Below, in pieces: positions 37,340 to 50,395 of a DNA stretch of 64,000 nucleotides. Where the stretch lies: the NCBI GenBank assembly GCA_028023455.1, contig JAQFVV010000007.1, positions 20,088,001 to 20,152,000 of the forward strand, in the 5' to 3' direction. The notes below the pieces were generated by a model that was not told where the DNA came from, ran no database searches, and was given only the letters and a program-made list of their open reading frames with translations. Numbering within the stretch: position 1 is the stretch's first letter; each line of letters opens with the position of its first letter. Made by a program: the position numbers and the translations under genes. This DNA is from Epiperipatus broadwayi. Its lineage: Eukaryota; Animalia; Onychophora.

Positions 37340-40300
37340 GTTTAATGAAAAATAATACACGGTACATCCCAAAAAGTTATAATTTATATATATATATATA
37401 TTGTAGGGATAGAGTCCAATCCCCACATATATATTATTGGATCAAAAAAGAAAGGAAAAAAAAAATTTTGTATCTTTGTTTGTGTATATGCTATAGGTGT
37501 TTATATATATATATGATTTTTATTAGTGAGTAATAATAATAAAAATTGATGAATATTAAAAGAAATAGTTAGTTTTGAACCTTAGTATTTTTATGTTCAG
37601 TAATATAGTAGTTCTTTTATATAATTTATTTTATAGTTAAAACAGGCTAACAGAGATAATAGGGCTGTTAAATTTAACACACATGGGGTTTGAAGTGAAA
37701 AGATATGAATGTGGGGATGAATATTAACAGTATTTGTAATCTCACACATATATTCAGATTTGTTTATTGTATCAATTTTGGATTTGTAAAAAAGAAGAAA
37801 TTTGTCAAAAAAAAAAAAAAACATTTTTTGATAAGGGGAGAAATAATCTTTTTTTTATTTTAAGAGAAGAAAGCAAAGTTATTATCATTTTTAAGTTTGT
37901 GTATGTGTGTCAAAAGATCAAAGCGCTTTGTTTAAGAAAATCCTAGCTAATTGATGAAAGCAACTTTAACAGTGATAGGGAAAACTCTTTATACAGCTGC
38001 ATTTAGATTATCTTGATTATGAAATATAAAAATGACTGAATTAACAAGAAGTTAAGTTAGTAATCATTTTTTCTTGTTCAAATCTTATAGAGGAGAGGAA
38101 TAAAAATTGCATTATTATTGCTATTTTTCAAAGTCTTACTCTGAACAGTGAGTGAAAAAATGAGAAAAAAATGATTTTAGATTTTTGAAAAGAGAAAAGT
38201 GTTAAAGGACTGCTTTAAATGATTAACCAAAAATGAACTTACAATTTATTAATATGAGAGCTCGAAGAAAAAGTAAATCAAGAAGAGAAGGCTTAATGTA
38301 CCAAGAGAAAAAGAGAAGTATTCAGGAGTCATGAAAAATATTTAAAGGAAAAAAAGGGAGCTTAGTGGGAGAAATACATGCATTTTTATAGTGATTGATA
38401 AAGACCCAGCCAGGAGGACTAAAAGTAAAATGGTGTTATTATAGACTATATGGGTGGTGGCTTCATAGAAATATACTTGGTATATATATATATTAGAAAA
38501 AAATAATGCATTGCTAGTTGCATTTATTTTGTCCTGAGATTAAAGCTGCCATGAGTTACACATTTATTTGCACATCTATATATGTCTAAGACCAAGAGAA
38601 TAGCTGCATTTATAATTAACCATGCTAGAACCACATTTTGTCTCCAAGACTTCTTTCCCATTCCATGGTTTATTAAAGCATTATCATCATTGGTAAAGAG
38701 AAAGAAAAGAAGAAAAAGATGTATATGATCCACACATCAAGCTTCAACTAATCTACTGAGCAGTTGTTTTTATTAGTTAATGTTTTTATTGTTCCATTAG
38801 AAGTGCTAAGAAATTCAACAGTGTATTAATTGATATATACACATTTCTAAAAGATACAGAGACTGGCAGGAACTTCTTTCAGTTTTATGTTGTCTTTTAA
38901 AAATTGTACAAACAGAGAAAAGTGTAAAGTGCTATAAATTAGCTTGAAATTAAAGAAAGTGAAATCTACTGTGTCAGCTTAGACAATCACCTCAAGAACT
39001 GAAATAAGGATTGGTAACATTTAGAACTTTATTAATAATTTTTTTTTACTTATTTAAAAGTAATCATTTAAATCTTCCATTGATTAAACCTCTTTTCTTC
39101 TTATTTTTTTTAAGTACATAAACATTAAAAGTTGATTTTTTATCTTGTTAATTACTATTATGCATAACAACATTGCAAAGATATTTTGAAGTTATTAAGC
39201 CTGATTTTTTTTCTTTATTATCTTTGAATATTTATTTTTATTGTCCTTTAATATATCTTTTAGTTTTTCTGTCATTAATTGGATTATCTAGATATTAATA
39301 GGCTAATCAAATGTACTTGAACAATCTATCAGTATATGTGTTATAATGTTTTGTTTTATATTTACTTTGCATATTGCTTTGCTCAAGATTTGAGTCATTT
39401 TTATGCATGATTTATTTGTAATTTAATGATATGATGAAAAAAACATTTTACCATTATATCTATGTTATCATATCACAAGTGTGTGTGGATGTCTGCATAT
39501 ACAAATATAAGTCACGTAGCATAAATTAGAATAGGTTATACTAAAATCTTAATGCTTGATATATATTTTTTCATTAAGTAGGCAAATTGGTAGAGTAGGG
39601 ATTCACATTTATGAAAGTAAACACACATATACTGTATGTGTGATGTTTTGTATTGCATTTATAACATATATAGTAAAGCTGGGAGCACTGTTGAATAAGT
39701 ATTACATAGAATTTTTTATTTTATTTTATTGGAATATCTCATTTTAAACCAGCTCATCTTAACTCTTTAACTGCTCTTAAATTGTACAATTTATCATTGG
39801 CTGAGTAAATTAAAAGTCTAAAGTTTTGATTGGTCAATTAACAAACTCAGCCATAAAAATATTCATCTTTTAATATTATATTCATTTTAGTTTTGTTTGT
39901 AAAAAGTATATTAATAATTTGTCAAGTTATGAAAGTAAACAAAAGTTTTTTCAAAAATAAATTTTTATTTATAATTATAAAAATATTTGATAACAGAAAA
40001 AATATTAAAAAAAGATCATACCAAATTACAAGTGATGCAAACGTCATTGATTTCCCACCTCAATTTACATTATTATAAAAGTTAACAATTTTTTAGTAAA
40101 ATCTTACTATTTTTCTAAAAATAATTATATTTTCAGCATATTTTACCAAAATACATTATAATATGTAAATAAATGCCAGAAAAATATTTTAAAACATTAA
40201 TTTTTGTTTGAAAATCAAATAAACAGTTTGGGGCAATCTAAACTCTTGACAGGATGTCAAAATTATTACTATAGCTGGGTTTTTTTCAATTTACGTTCAT

Positions 40301-40834
40301 GTAAAGTATACAATTTTTTAATAAAATCTTACTATTTTTGTAAAATAACTATATTTTAAGCATATTTTATGAAAATAATTTATAATTTGTACAAAAAAAA
40401 ATATATTTTCATTTTTAGTAGTGAAAATTATTTGCTGGCCATCTTTTTTGACCAAATAATCATCAGCCACTCAGTGTTTAGAATGGATTGCCCCCTCATT
40501 TTGTTAGACTTTCTACATCACATTAATTGATTTTTTACTTGTAAAATAATTTGAGAGAGGAAAGCATCTTACAGGAATTTTTATAAGCTTTAAAACAAGT
40601 ATAAAAATTACTGTAGCTCAAAAAGTGGCCAATTTTGAATGACCTAAAGCCGTTGACATGGATTAGTGGATAGAGCTGGGCAAGGATTAAATGAATAGGA
40701 GCATATGTATTTAATTCTTTTATTTGAATACACATTTGGTATTTTTTTATTTATATATTATTTTATTAATATAATATAATTAAAATCAATTGCATGATTA
40801 GAAATTCATTTTATTAAAATAGTCAAGTGTTGTT

Positions 40835-41075
40835 AGCCAAGAGGTCAGTGCAGCCACCTTGCAAGAAAACAGTTGATTGCAGACAGTTGTTGTGGGTTTG
40901 CCTCCAGGCCAATGCTGTGACATATTGAAAAAAAGGAATCTTAATAAACATAGTTTTAAAACAGGCAAAACTCACTATACGTATTCCCACACACTGCAAG
41001 CTAGAGTAATCAATGGATGCCAGAAGGCTTGTGCAGAAGTGGTGGTTATGTGATGTTTATTGGCTTAATAATCAT
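40835..41075. mobile_element. Family B rearranged fragment
   Basis: Shares GTAATCAATGGATG..AGAAGG with 34760 and 45495, TGTGATGTTTATTGGCTTAA with 23439, and GTCAGTGCAGCCACCTT with the reverse complement of 23636-23650. Confidence 0.6.
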
Positions 41076-42009
41076 AGTTATATAATATATTTTTGCTTTA
41101 GTATTATTATTATTAGTATTGTTATTTTTAATTTTATCATTTAATTATGATCATTCATCATCACTAATGAATGTTAATCATTGGGTCATAATTTAGATAT
41201 AATAATGTTTTAGGTAAATAATTATGGGTTTATAAAAAGTTAAATTTGTTGTTGTGAGTTAATTGCAAAAGCTGTGGCTGGAATCATCATCATGATCATT
41301 ATATTATTAATAATAAATAGAGTAAATAAATGGGTTTAATGACCATATATAAATAATGGGTCTCACTATGTTTTTTTGTGAGCCATTAGTAGGAGACATG
41401 ACTACTATCAACTCATTTGATAAATCTATCGTACTTTAATATGAGCTAGCAAGATCTATGAGAATGTTAGATGGGGATTTAAGATGTTAGATCTTAAGAA
41501 ATGATATGTCTGATAAATATTGTACCAATTTGGGTTTGAACCAGGTACATGCACAAATAAGTATATGATATAACATTATCTAGGCCTAGACAGCCTAGTG
41601 GCACCCAGGTAATATACCTACATATAAGTAGAACTGAATATAATCGAAACAAGAGTTTGATTTCTTTTTCCAATCTTGATGATATATTTAATTTTTGATA
41701 TTTTAATTAGTTACAAATAGCGCTAGTGTTTTATATGTGTGGGAAAAGGGATGATTCTTCATTGAAGGAATCGATTATTAGAGATAAATATAATTTCACT
41801 ATCATTTTTATTCAGTTAAAATAATAACTAGTATTTTTTTTATTAGTTACAATTATGGCTAATATTTTTTATTAGTTATAATATATATATATTGTGTTAA
41901 CTGAGAAATAATTATTAACTGCTTATTGTTTTTAACTATTTAAAAAGTTAATTAAGTTAATGATAATGATTAAAAAAATGAAAATAGAAATTATAATGGC
42001 TATAACAGT

Positions 42010-42350
42010 GGTTTTATACCAAAAAGAGAGAGAAAATAAAATGCTTTTAAAATATGAATTAGGTGTAAATGAAAAAGATTGGTTAGGGGATACAATTAGA
42101 AATATGTGACATTCTGAAAAAATGCAAAGAGGAAGGGCAACTTTTAAAGAATGTACGACAAATTTTAATTGAGCATACTCCTAAAGATAGTAATGAGCGT
42201 CGCAAAAAAATTGTAAGATATAAAAAAAATATGAATAAAATTGACGAATAAATTTTTCAAAAGAAAGCAATAATTTACTAAAAATCTTTAAGACAATGAT
42301 AGATATGGGGAGACAGAGATAGTGAACTGACAGAACCTGCGTTTAGGCAG
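42010..42350 (+). mobile_element. Old RTE-type 3' remnant
   Basis: KDWLGDTIR..KMQRGR resembles K.WLGHI.R..GKR.RGR; terminal GAACCTGC..GGCAG stem. Confidence 0.4.
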
Positions 42351-43450
42351 TTAATCAAAGGTTATAGATAAATATTATAATGTGTCTTTCATAAAAGTAC
42401 CTATTAAAATAATGTTAATAATCATTACGTTAATTGAATGTTCATACGTACTTCAAATCTAAAATGAATTTAAAAATATATAAGCTTTGCTTTAACGCGG
42501 ACAGAAAATATTTGTTAAATTAAAAACTTTTAGAATTAGTTTCTATTAACACTTTTTTATTTATTTTTGCAGCTTTTGTTTTGTTATTTAAATGGCTCTT
42601 AATGGGTGCGAAAACATAATCTCCCATTAGAACGTCACTTAAACTTGCGTTTAAGCTTATATTTTTTTAAATTGCTTTCGTTTTATTTTATTTAATTTTG
42701 TTGTTGTTGTGGTTGTTAATATATTCGCTATAAAATAAAATTTGAATTTAATTTTTTTTTTAATATTCTAATTTGATAACTAAATTAAATACCTAATCAA
42801 AGTATAAAATATGAAAAAGATTAAGCTAAATAAAACTTATAATCATATTTAATATTTGGTGTACATAATTTGCTTCTATGTGCATATATATTAAGTTAGA
42901 TTTATTGATTCAGAAAATTAAAAATAACCAAGATAATTTGCTTTAAAAAATGACTTTTTTATTTAAAAATTAGCCCCCACCACCAAATCTATTTTATTAT
43001 TATTATTATTATTATCGAGATGTAAGGAAATTTAAAATAAAATTTAATTGAAGCAATTCTTTCTGGTCTCCTCAAAGCTTACAGAGACTAAATAAAACTT
43101 TATCAAACCCAATGAAATGTAGATACATACGATCTTTACCATCTATTGATTAATATTTCTTCATATATTGGAATATTTTCTAAATGTTAACTCACTTAAT
43201 AATTCTATTTTAGCCTTTCTTTTTTCTACGTGTTTAGTTTGAAAAAAAAAATTATGTTAAATAGCTGTGATTAAAAAAAGGTAGTGGTTCATATAGGAGA
43301 GAGCTATAGAAAACAGTTGAAAACCTTTTCCGTTGAACTTCTATGAATAGGTAAAGGGGGGGAATTTATAAGTTACCCTTTTAATAATATTTTTATTTTT
43401 AGTAAAATTATTTAATTTTTTATAAAGTTATGGTATTTTATCTATGTGAC

Positions 43451-43550
43451 ACACTGCATGATTGGCATAGATGGTAGATCCCAGGATGGATTCTCTCACT
43501 GTTTTAGCGCTCGAATTTTTTGAGAATACCTGAGCAATAAAGTTATAAGC
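43451..43550 (+). mobile_element. tRNA-derived SINE copy (internally deleted)
   Basis: A-box-like TGGCATAGATGG; 3' end GAGAATACCTGAGCAATAAAG matches the 19344 copy. Confidence 0.5.
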
Positions 43551-45477
43551 CTTTTTTATTATGTATATGGCACTAATGTGCTACCATTATTTATAAATTT
43601 CTGAACATCTTGTTAAATAAATAATAAATGTATCAATATCGATACTCTGCATAGTTGGGTGAAGTGATGGAATATTCAGATTCTGGATTGCAAGTAAGGT
43701 AATCAGAATCAATTTTACTTCAGAGACTTCCCTCACTTGAATTCCTTATGAATTCCCAACAATAAAGCCAATTGATCTTTTTTAATGCGTTAAAAATATA
43801 TGATCTAAACTATTGGATAGACTTTAAAACAAGAATTGTTTAATTAAATAAATGGTCATTCCAGGGCAAAAAACAAAATGACAAAATACTATAAAATAAG
43901 CAGAAATATATATAGCTATAATAAATTTTAAATTATCAAGTTTCTATTTTTAATCATCTTTATGCATGGTTATTTTTTTTATTTGGCCTGTGATCATTTA
44001 AGTCGGATATTGACTTTTAAAATAAATTTAGAAAAAAAAAAAAATTAAAATTATGCATTTAAAAATCATTATTTAAAACGGTCAGAGTAAATTATCAGAA
44101 TTTCATGATAAAAACTATAGACTTTTGAAACAAAGAATGCATTCAATTTTCTAGTGCATGTGAGGAGAGTAGTTCAATCCACAATTTTGCTTATATATAC
44201 ATGTGTGTGTTAGAATAAAACAAAATAATGTAACTTAAGAACAACATCTATGGTTTTATAAAAGTACATTTTTTTAAACCCATTAAAATTTAATCTAACA
44301 TGTTGCAAGTAGATATGATAAAGAAACAGTGAAAATGTATTTTTTCCCCATAACATGCAAATTGGATTTCTCAATATTGTACTCCTAAAATATTACTCAT
44401 ATTTAAACTCTAGATTTTACAAATAATTCCTAATTGTAACATTCATTTGTCTTTAATAGTTAATATACACCCATTCCACATCCCTGTCCCTTTTCATATG
44501 TATCCTTCCCCTTTTACCATGTTGTTCCTGAATTTCATTTTTACAATTCTTTGTAAACCTCTTATTTAACTGTATTTGTACCTTTTTTGATGAATAAACT
44601 TTCATCACTGAGAAAAAAACATAACAAATGTAAGAATGTTACATTAGGATTGATTAAAAGTCAATCATTTAAGATGTTTGTGCAGCTTATTAGGTACATC
44701 ATATTTCAACTGATAAATATGAGATAGCAAATGAATAAGTGAAATAATTTTGAGCTTAATTAATTTATAATTAATTACTTAGCTGAATACTATATGCAAT
44801 TCTAAAGCAGTTACTAACTTAGATTTTTGATGAAAAGCTATAAATTAATAAACATAATCTAATTAATTGCATAGCTAGCTTACCACAAAACATTTCCAGA
44901 ATTATAATGCTAAATAAAGTTATGCAGTACAGGTAAACGGTGAAAAACACTATCCCTTCCTTTATATCCTACCTCATAATACTATAGATAAGATATAAAC
45001 AATCAATTAATTAAAGAGACATAAATATATGAGATATCAACGTTATTTATTTACCCATCCCTAAAACTGTTTAGAAACTTGCGATTTTATATAGTGTTTA
45101 TTATTTATATTTTATTATCTATGTAAATACAGTTGTAATAAAGCTTTATCTACACTATACTCAGAGTAAAATAAGCTTTAATAAATTCTATAAAGGGTTG
45201 TGATAAAAGAAAAAGAGATAAACTGTAATGTCACAAAAACAAATATAATATTAAGAAACAGACAAAAACAATAAACTATTCAGGAGAAATATCATTCATA
45301 AAATCGCGAATTGCTATGCCATCTTGACTTAATTAAACTAATAATGTATTTAATAAAATAAAATCAAAATTGATAAAGTTAGAAGTATAGAAAAATGTTT
45401 TGTAAAATTGTTGAATAATTAGAATTTTAACTTATTATCATTATTAAAACAGTAGCAAACTCTCGGTACAGTCGTGT

Positions 45478-45640
45478 CACCCAGTGCAAGCCTTAGTAAT
45501 CAATGGATGCAAGAAGGTCTGTGCATGAAATCCATATCTAGTTCCTACTCATCCAATATCCCCAGATTAGTTTCCAGTTATATGGAGAGTTTGTTACTGT
45601 TTTAACAGCTTGTGTAGGCATAGGAAATGGTGACCATGAG
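45478..45640. mobile_element. Family B fragment containing only the 3' half of the HHR in antisense
   Basis: CCAGATTAGTTTCC (reverse complement GGAAACTAATCTGG) is joined directly to the TTACTGTTTTAACAGCTT module seen at 35108 and 35508. Confidence 0.6.
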
Positions 45641-45658
45641 TTGTTGTTGTTGTTGTCG

Positions 45659-45690
<32 letters not shown>

Positions 45691-45715
45691 TTACCAAATA
45701 AATCTTACAAGCTTA

Positions 45716-45948
45716 CTTCAGCCACCCACTTTATCTCATACAACTGATAAATATGACCACACACATATGAAGAAGATAATCTCTAATACATGTATTTTGT
45801 GCTGAACCAGTACTCATCATTTGGAGATCATTTATTTTTTTCACATGTGTGTGATCCATGTGTATCGGTTGAACGAGATAGAGTGGATGGCTGAAGGGAG
45901 TTTGAAAATCTGTGTTCTAATCCCCTATATTACATCTAAACTCCAGGT
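45716..45948. mobile_element. Family A foldback element, uninterrupted, decayed HHR in loop (minus strand 45786-45824)
   Basis: Arms 45716-45780 and 45831-45896. Loop reverse complement CCAA-ATGATGA-GTACT ggttc AGCAC-AAAA-TACATGTAT. Confidence 0.8.
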
Positions 45949-46119
45949 ATATAAAATATACACCTATTTAAAATATCACAAATAAAACTTAATATGTTGT
46001 GTTTTTTATTATTTTACTAATTGGTCTTTAACTTTGAGTTTAAACATTGTTTTTATTTATATATGTGTGTATATGTATATTTAAACCTGCGTGGAATGCA
46101 AAACTGAAAAGATATAGAT

Positions 46120-47240
46120 TTAATTAATTAGCAAGTTGCGAGCTTTTAGTTAATATAACTTAACGGAATAAATTTATTAAAATTTAACAAATTAAAATTA
46201 ATTTTATACAAATTCTTTTTATACGCATTTTTAAACATTATATATAAAAATTAATTACTACCTTTTGTTTTGTGATTTAATGGGACTTAACAAGATAATT
46301 CAATTACTTAATTAGAAAATTATTATTTTCGTGAGAAAGTTAGAGTTTCGCCCTTTTTAATACCCCGTAATGACAGTCTTTGCTTGCCTAACGAATATAC
46401 TAGCAAAAGAAATATTTCTTCTTTTTTTTTTTTTTTTTTTTGATTGGCATTTCGATAAAATTCACTAATTTAAATGCTAAAAAATTGAATTACACCGCAG
46501 ATAATATGATTGCGATAAATTCATACAATCGTAAGATTTAATTTATATAATCTAATAAACAGTTAAATAGAAGGAGTTGAAACTTAGCTGCTCAAATAAT
46601 TGGCAAATTTGATTTAATTCTCACTAAGTATGAACTTTTTTTTTCTTTTGGTAACAAGTGTACTCACATTTATATATAGAACTTATAAAGTAAATACAAA
46701 ATTTTTTATCTGAAGCCCGCTATTAGATAAAGGCAGTTGCAGTGTCCTTTAAATGTGTCGGGTGAGTCCTACGAAACAGATTAGTCATCGGCTAATTAAC
46801 GAATGATTTTAATTGTAAACATTTATAAATCTAAATTATATAATTAGATAGGTTGTCTGCAAAACAAGTAACTAAGTTTATTTGAGATTTTCAATTACTC
46901 CATTCTGAAGTTAAAGCCAGCTGAAATAGAATCTCTATAAAGTCAGATAGGTTACCTATTAGCTGACTATCTAACTAACAAAACATTAAGCTTATTTGGG
47001 AATTTTCTAAATAAAATGTTTTATTCCAATCAGTCAGTTATTGCAATAGGGCATAATCTTTTTACACTTGTGACCCCCATATTCAGACGGAAATTTTATG
47101 CTACCAATTATATGTTGTTCTCATTCTATTATAACTGTATAAGAATAGTAATATTAATAGTCGTTTTACCACGGACAAATATATATCTTTATATTATATT
47201 TCAGTACATACGATTTAATATAAGATCTTTGAAAAAACGG
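46120..47240. promoter_or_regulatory. CpG-retaining island, candidate unmethylated promoter/enhancer
   Basis: About 22 CpG in 1.1 kb by hand count, against about 5 in 12000-16000. Contains ATGTGTCGG|GTGAGT (consensus splice donor) at 46753-46767. Confidence 0.4.
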
Positions 47241-49058
47241 CTTATTAACAAAAAATGTATAATAATACTTGATACTTAGTAGATCTGTTGATTCTTAGCA
47301 ATTACAACTTTTTTAACCTGTTTTAAAAAATATGTACACTAAAGAATGTAGTATCACATATCAACGTTAGGGGGATACTAGCATAAAGAACAAAACTCTG
47401 AAAATGAACAAGAAAATGAGAGCTATCTAAGTGGAATGCATTATGATGTGCTGTTTTTACAAAGTGAATTGGAATACAAAGGAAGTGTTTAAACACAAAA
47501 GTGGTCAGATGCATAACGATAAATTGAACAGTTTTCATGTATTTTATAATAGTGTTTAGGATTTTGTTTGTGTTTTTTCCAATTAAAAATTTATTGACCA
47601 ACATGAGAACTTCTCAAAATGTTTAGGATCCTAATAATTTTTCTGTGACACTTTAAAGAATTGCTATTGCATGTACAAGTTTCATTTTGGCATAGTAAAG
47701 TTTGATGTAGCAAAGTTTAAGAATCTTTCTAGATTATAACCAAGGTAATGATTTTTTTTTCAAGTACCCCACCTACAACAAACTCATCCAAATGTTCAAT
47801 AATGGCTACCCTCAAACATCATTAACTGAAAATTAAAAATTGACTGATAAAAAATGACTTCTCAGTCACTATTATTCTAAAAAAATATTTGTGAGAACTT
47901 TGTCTTCCCCCAGTTAGAGTTATTTAAAGGCTGTTAGAACAATCTTTATTTTTTATATATATAGTAGGTCATTTCAGGGCAAAATCATCTCAGAAACTCC
48001 TCATGAAGGATAAGTAAAAAAGATTTGAACATTTCCCTGTCTTGATTTATTCTCACATCCATTTATCAATCATTATCAGAAGGTTAGTTGGTGGCATTAT
48101 AGGCTCATTGCTAAAAGAAAAATTCCAAATCTCAAAAAATAATTTCACTTGGTCTGGATTTGACTTCCAAATGTAATCATGGTAAGAAGATATGCTGGTT
48201 TATATTAAGAAATCTTTTTTTTCATTTACTTTCACATGTGATTAAAATAAAAACAGTCTTAACTAATTGATATATTGCATATCAAAGACATCTCCAATAT
48301 TTTTTCATAGAGAAGCAGTAAAATATGAAATGTTGCTCACCTGGTCAGGTGAGCAGAGCTTTTAAGGTTAGCTTTCTTGTTTTTAGTCTTGAGCTAACAG
48401 TATCTATATACTTATAAAGCCAATATTTAAATGAATATCTGACTTGACCAACTAAAAGATAGTCTTATTTAATTATACCTATGAGTACAAACGATAGTTT
48501 CATCAATAACTACATTGTTAAGATTTTCATACATGAGTGTGCTTGAAAGTGAGATGATATCTGTGACAGAATATATTTATATGTGTGCAAATAATCATGA
48601 TGTATATAAGCCTTAATCACAATGCTTAAAATCTTTATTGATCAATCACTATATTATATAAAAACAGACCAATATTTCTGGAGGGTACTCATATTTTGGG
48701 AAGGATTTCGCTCATCAGCTGCTTTGAGCAGTCTAGTTATCTACATAAAAATATAGTAATCTGTCCTTTTATAGTTATAATGTTAAAATGATCAATATGA
48801 TATTAAAGTGGCAATAACCAACACAATACTTTCTGTAAATCAGCCTATTATATTTCATTAGTTATGTAACTTATAGAATGATGGATCAGTTTTTAGGTAG
48901 CATAGTGAATTAACAAGCATATGGTTTTTAATCATTCCAAATATAGTTGTATTAATATAAAACATTTAAGCCACTACAAATAATATATATAAATTTATAT
49001 TCACAGATCCATTATATAGTTCAGTAGACAGATAGAAAGGTAGGTAGATAAAGATTTA

Positions 49059-49171
49059 TGGATGGATGGATGGATGGGTGGGTAGGTAGGTAGGTAGGTA
49101 GGTAGGTAGGTAGGTAGGTAGGTAGGTAGGTAGGTAGGTAGGTAGGTAGACAGACAGACAGACAGACAGAC

Positions 49172-49238
<67 letters not shown>
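49059..49238. repeat. Compound tetranucleotide microsatellite (GGAT)(GGGT)(AGGT)(AGAC)(AGAT)
   Basis: Read directly from the sequence. Confidence 0.97.
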
Positions 49239-49239
<1 letters not shown>

Positions 49240-49520
49240 TAAGGGCTTTGATCTTTCTAAATTTGGCACATATGGAATAATTTGTGTATATTAATGCTAA
49301 AATCATCACCTATTGATGCTTTAAAAAAATTTAATTCAGTTAATAACAAACAGTGAGAATGAAATTGTATGCATTGCATAGGTAATTGCTAAACAAACAA
49401 ATTTTACTTTTGCATCTTTTTCTCAAAGCAGTTCACATTAAGCATTCATTTTTATTAACATTAATAAAGACCAAATCAAGAATAATACATAAATGTTATA
49501 AATTTACAGTTCTAGTAAAG

Positions 49521-49828
49521 CAGGGGTCCCCAACCCTATGCCCGTGGGCACCATGGCACCTGTAGACCATTTTATGTGTGCCTGCCACTATCCGAACACG
49601 ATAAAAAATTATTTATCTGATACAAATAAATTTAAATTTTTAAGATTTCTTATAAATTATTGTATTATATTGTAATCAAATTGTAGGTCAGACTATACTT
49701 TTACAGCGTAAAAGGGTCTATCATTAACAATATCCAACTATAAATTTACATTGAAAAAATAAATGGTGCCCACCACCTAGCAGTATTATAGAATGTGCTC
49801 TTAAATGCAAAAAGGTTGAGGACCACTA
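49521..49828. mobile_element. hAT (Buster/Charlie-type) MITE, 308 bp
   Basis: TIRs CAGGGGTCCCCAACC / GGTTGAGGACCACTA. 8-bp TSD TAGTAAAG (49513-49520) / TAGTGAAG (49829-49836) fits the Buster nnnTAnnn pattern. Confidence 0.92.
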
Positions 49829-50224
49829 TAGTGAAGGAAGCATTTCTTTTATTGGCATTATAAACAATAGATGTTGACATAATTTTTGCTGGTATTAATA
49901 AAACCAAACTACTCAATTCTGTTGTTATATCACCCAATGTACAATTTTTAATACTTAAGATTTAATTCTTGTTTAATATGTGGCAAGTTTGACATACATG
50001 AAGCTGGTAATTTATCATAATGTATCTCATATCAAAAAAATTATCATATTACAATGATTTGTTTTGTCTTAAAGTGACTTAAAACAAACACACAATAAAT
50101 AGTAATTCCTGTCAAAATAAAGTATAAAATTATTTATACAGATTTAATTTGTACATTAGAAAATAGTAAATTTGAATATATTTATTAATTTATACATTAT
50201 ACTTTTAATGATGATCACTAGAAG

Positions 50225-50395
50225 GAGTTGCCTTAAAGTAATATGTGGAAATGGAATGGAGAAGGAATTTGGGTAAACTTAGAGTGGGAAATGGAAAATA
50301 AAGTGGCTAACAGGTTTTTCTGAGTATAATTGCTGAGAGATTCCTGAATCTGTTTAAGGAGAAGTCACAGTACATCACATCATACCACATGTGCC
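50225..50395 (+). mobile_element. 3'UTR-only fragment of the CCHC LINE family
   Basis: GCTGAGAGATTCCTGA..AAGGAGAA..CATCACATC matches 24830-24880 and the reverse complement of 29330-29400. Confidence 0.7.

Larger units (their letters stand above)
36545..37400 (-). mobile_element. 5'-truncated Penelope-like element (GIY-YIG) flanked by inverted pLTRs, each with a decayed HHR
   Basis: GVYEIPCFQCSRGYVCQSNR*ITVRIKEH begins at 37118 (GIY-YIG); RESIEI at 36655-36906. 37292-37380 is the reverse complement of 36575-36664. Confidence 0.9.

Noticed and set aside
40420-40470. Minus-strand CTGATGA near 40460
   Set aside because: No GAAA in register and no stem I.
46755-46792. TGAGTCCTACGAAAC..GTC resembling an HHR 3' half
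   Set aside because: No CTGANGA or matching stem I; better explained as a splice-donor context.
48695-48725. Minus-strand CTGATGAGCGAAA
   Set aside because: No room for stem II and no stem I; chance or a deletion relic.
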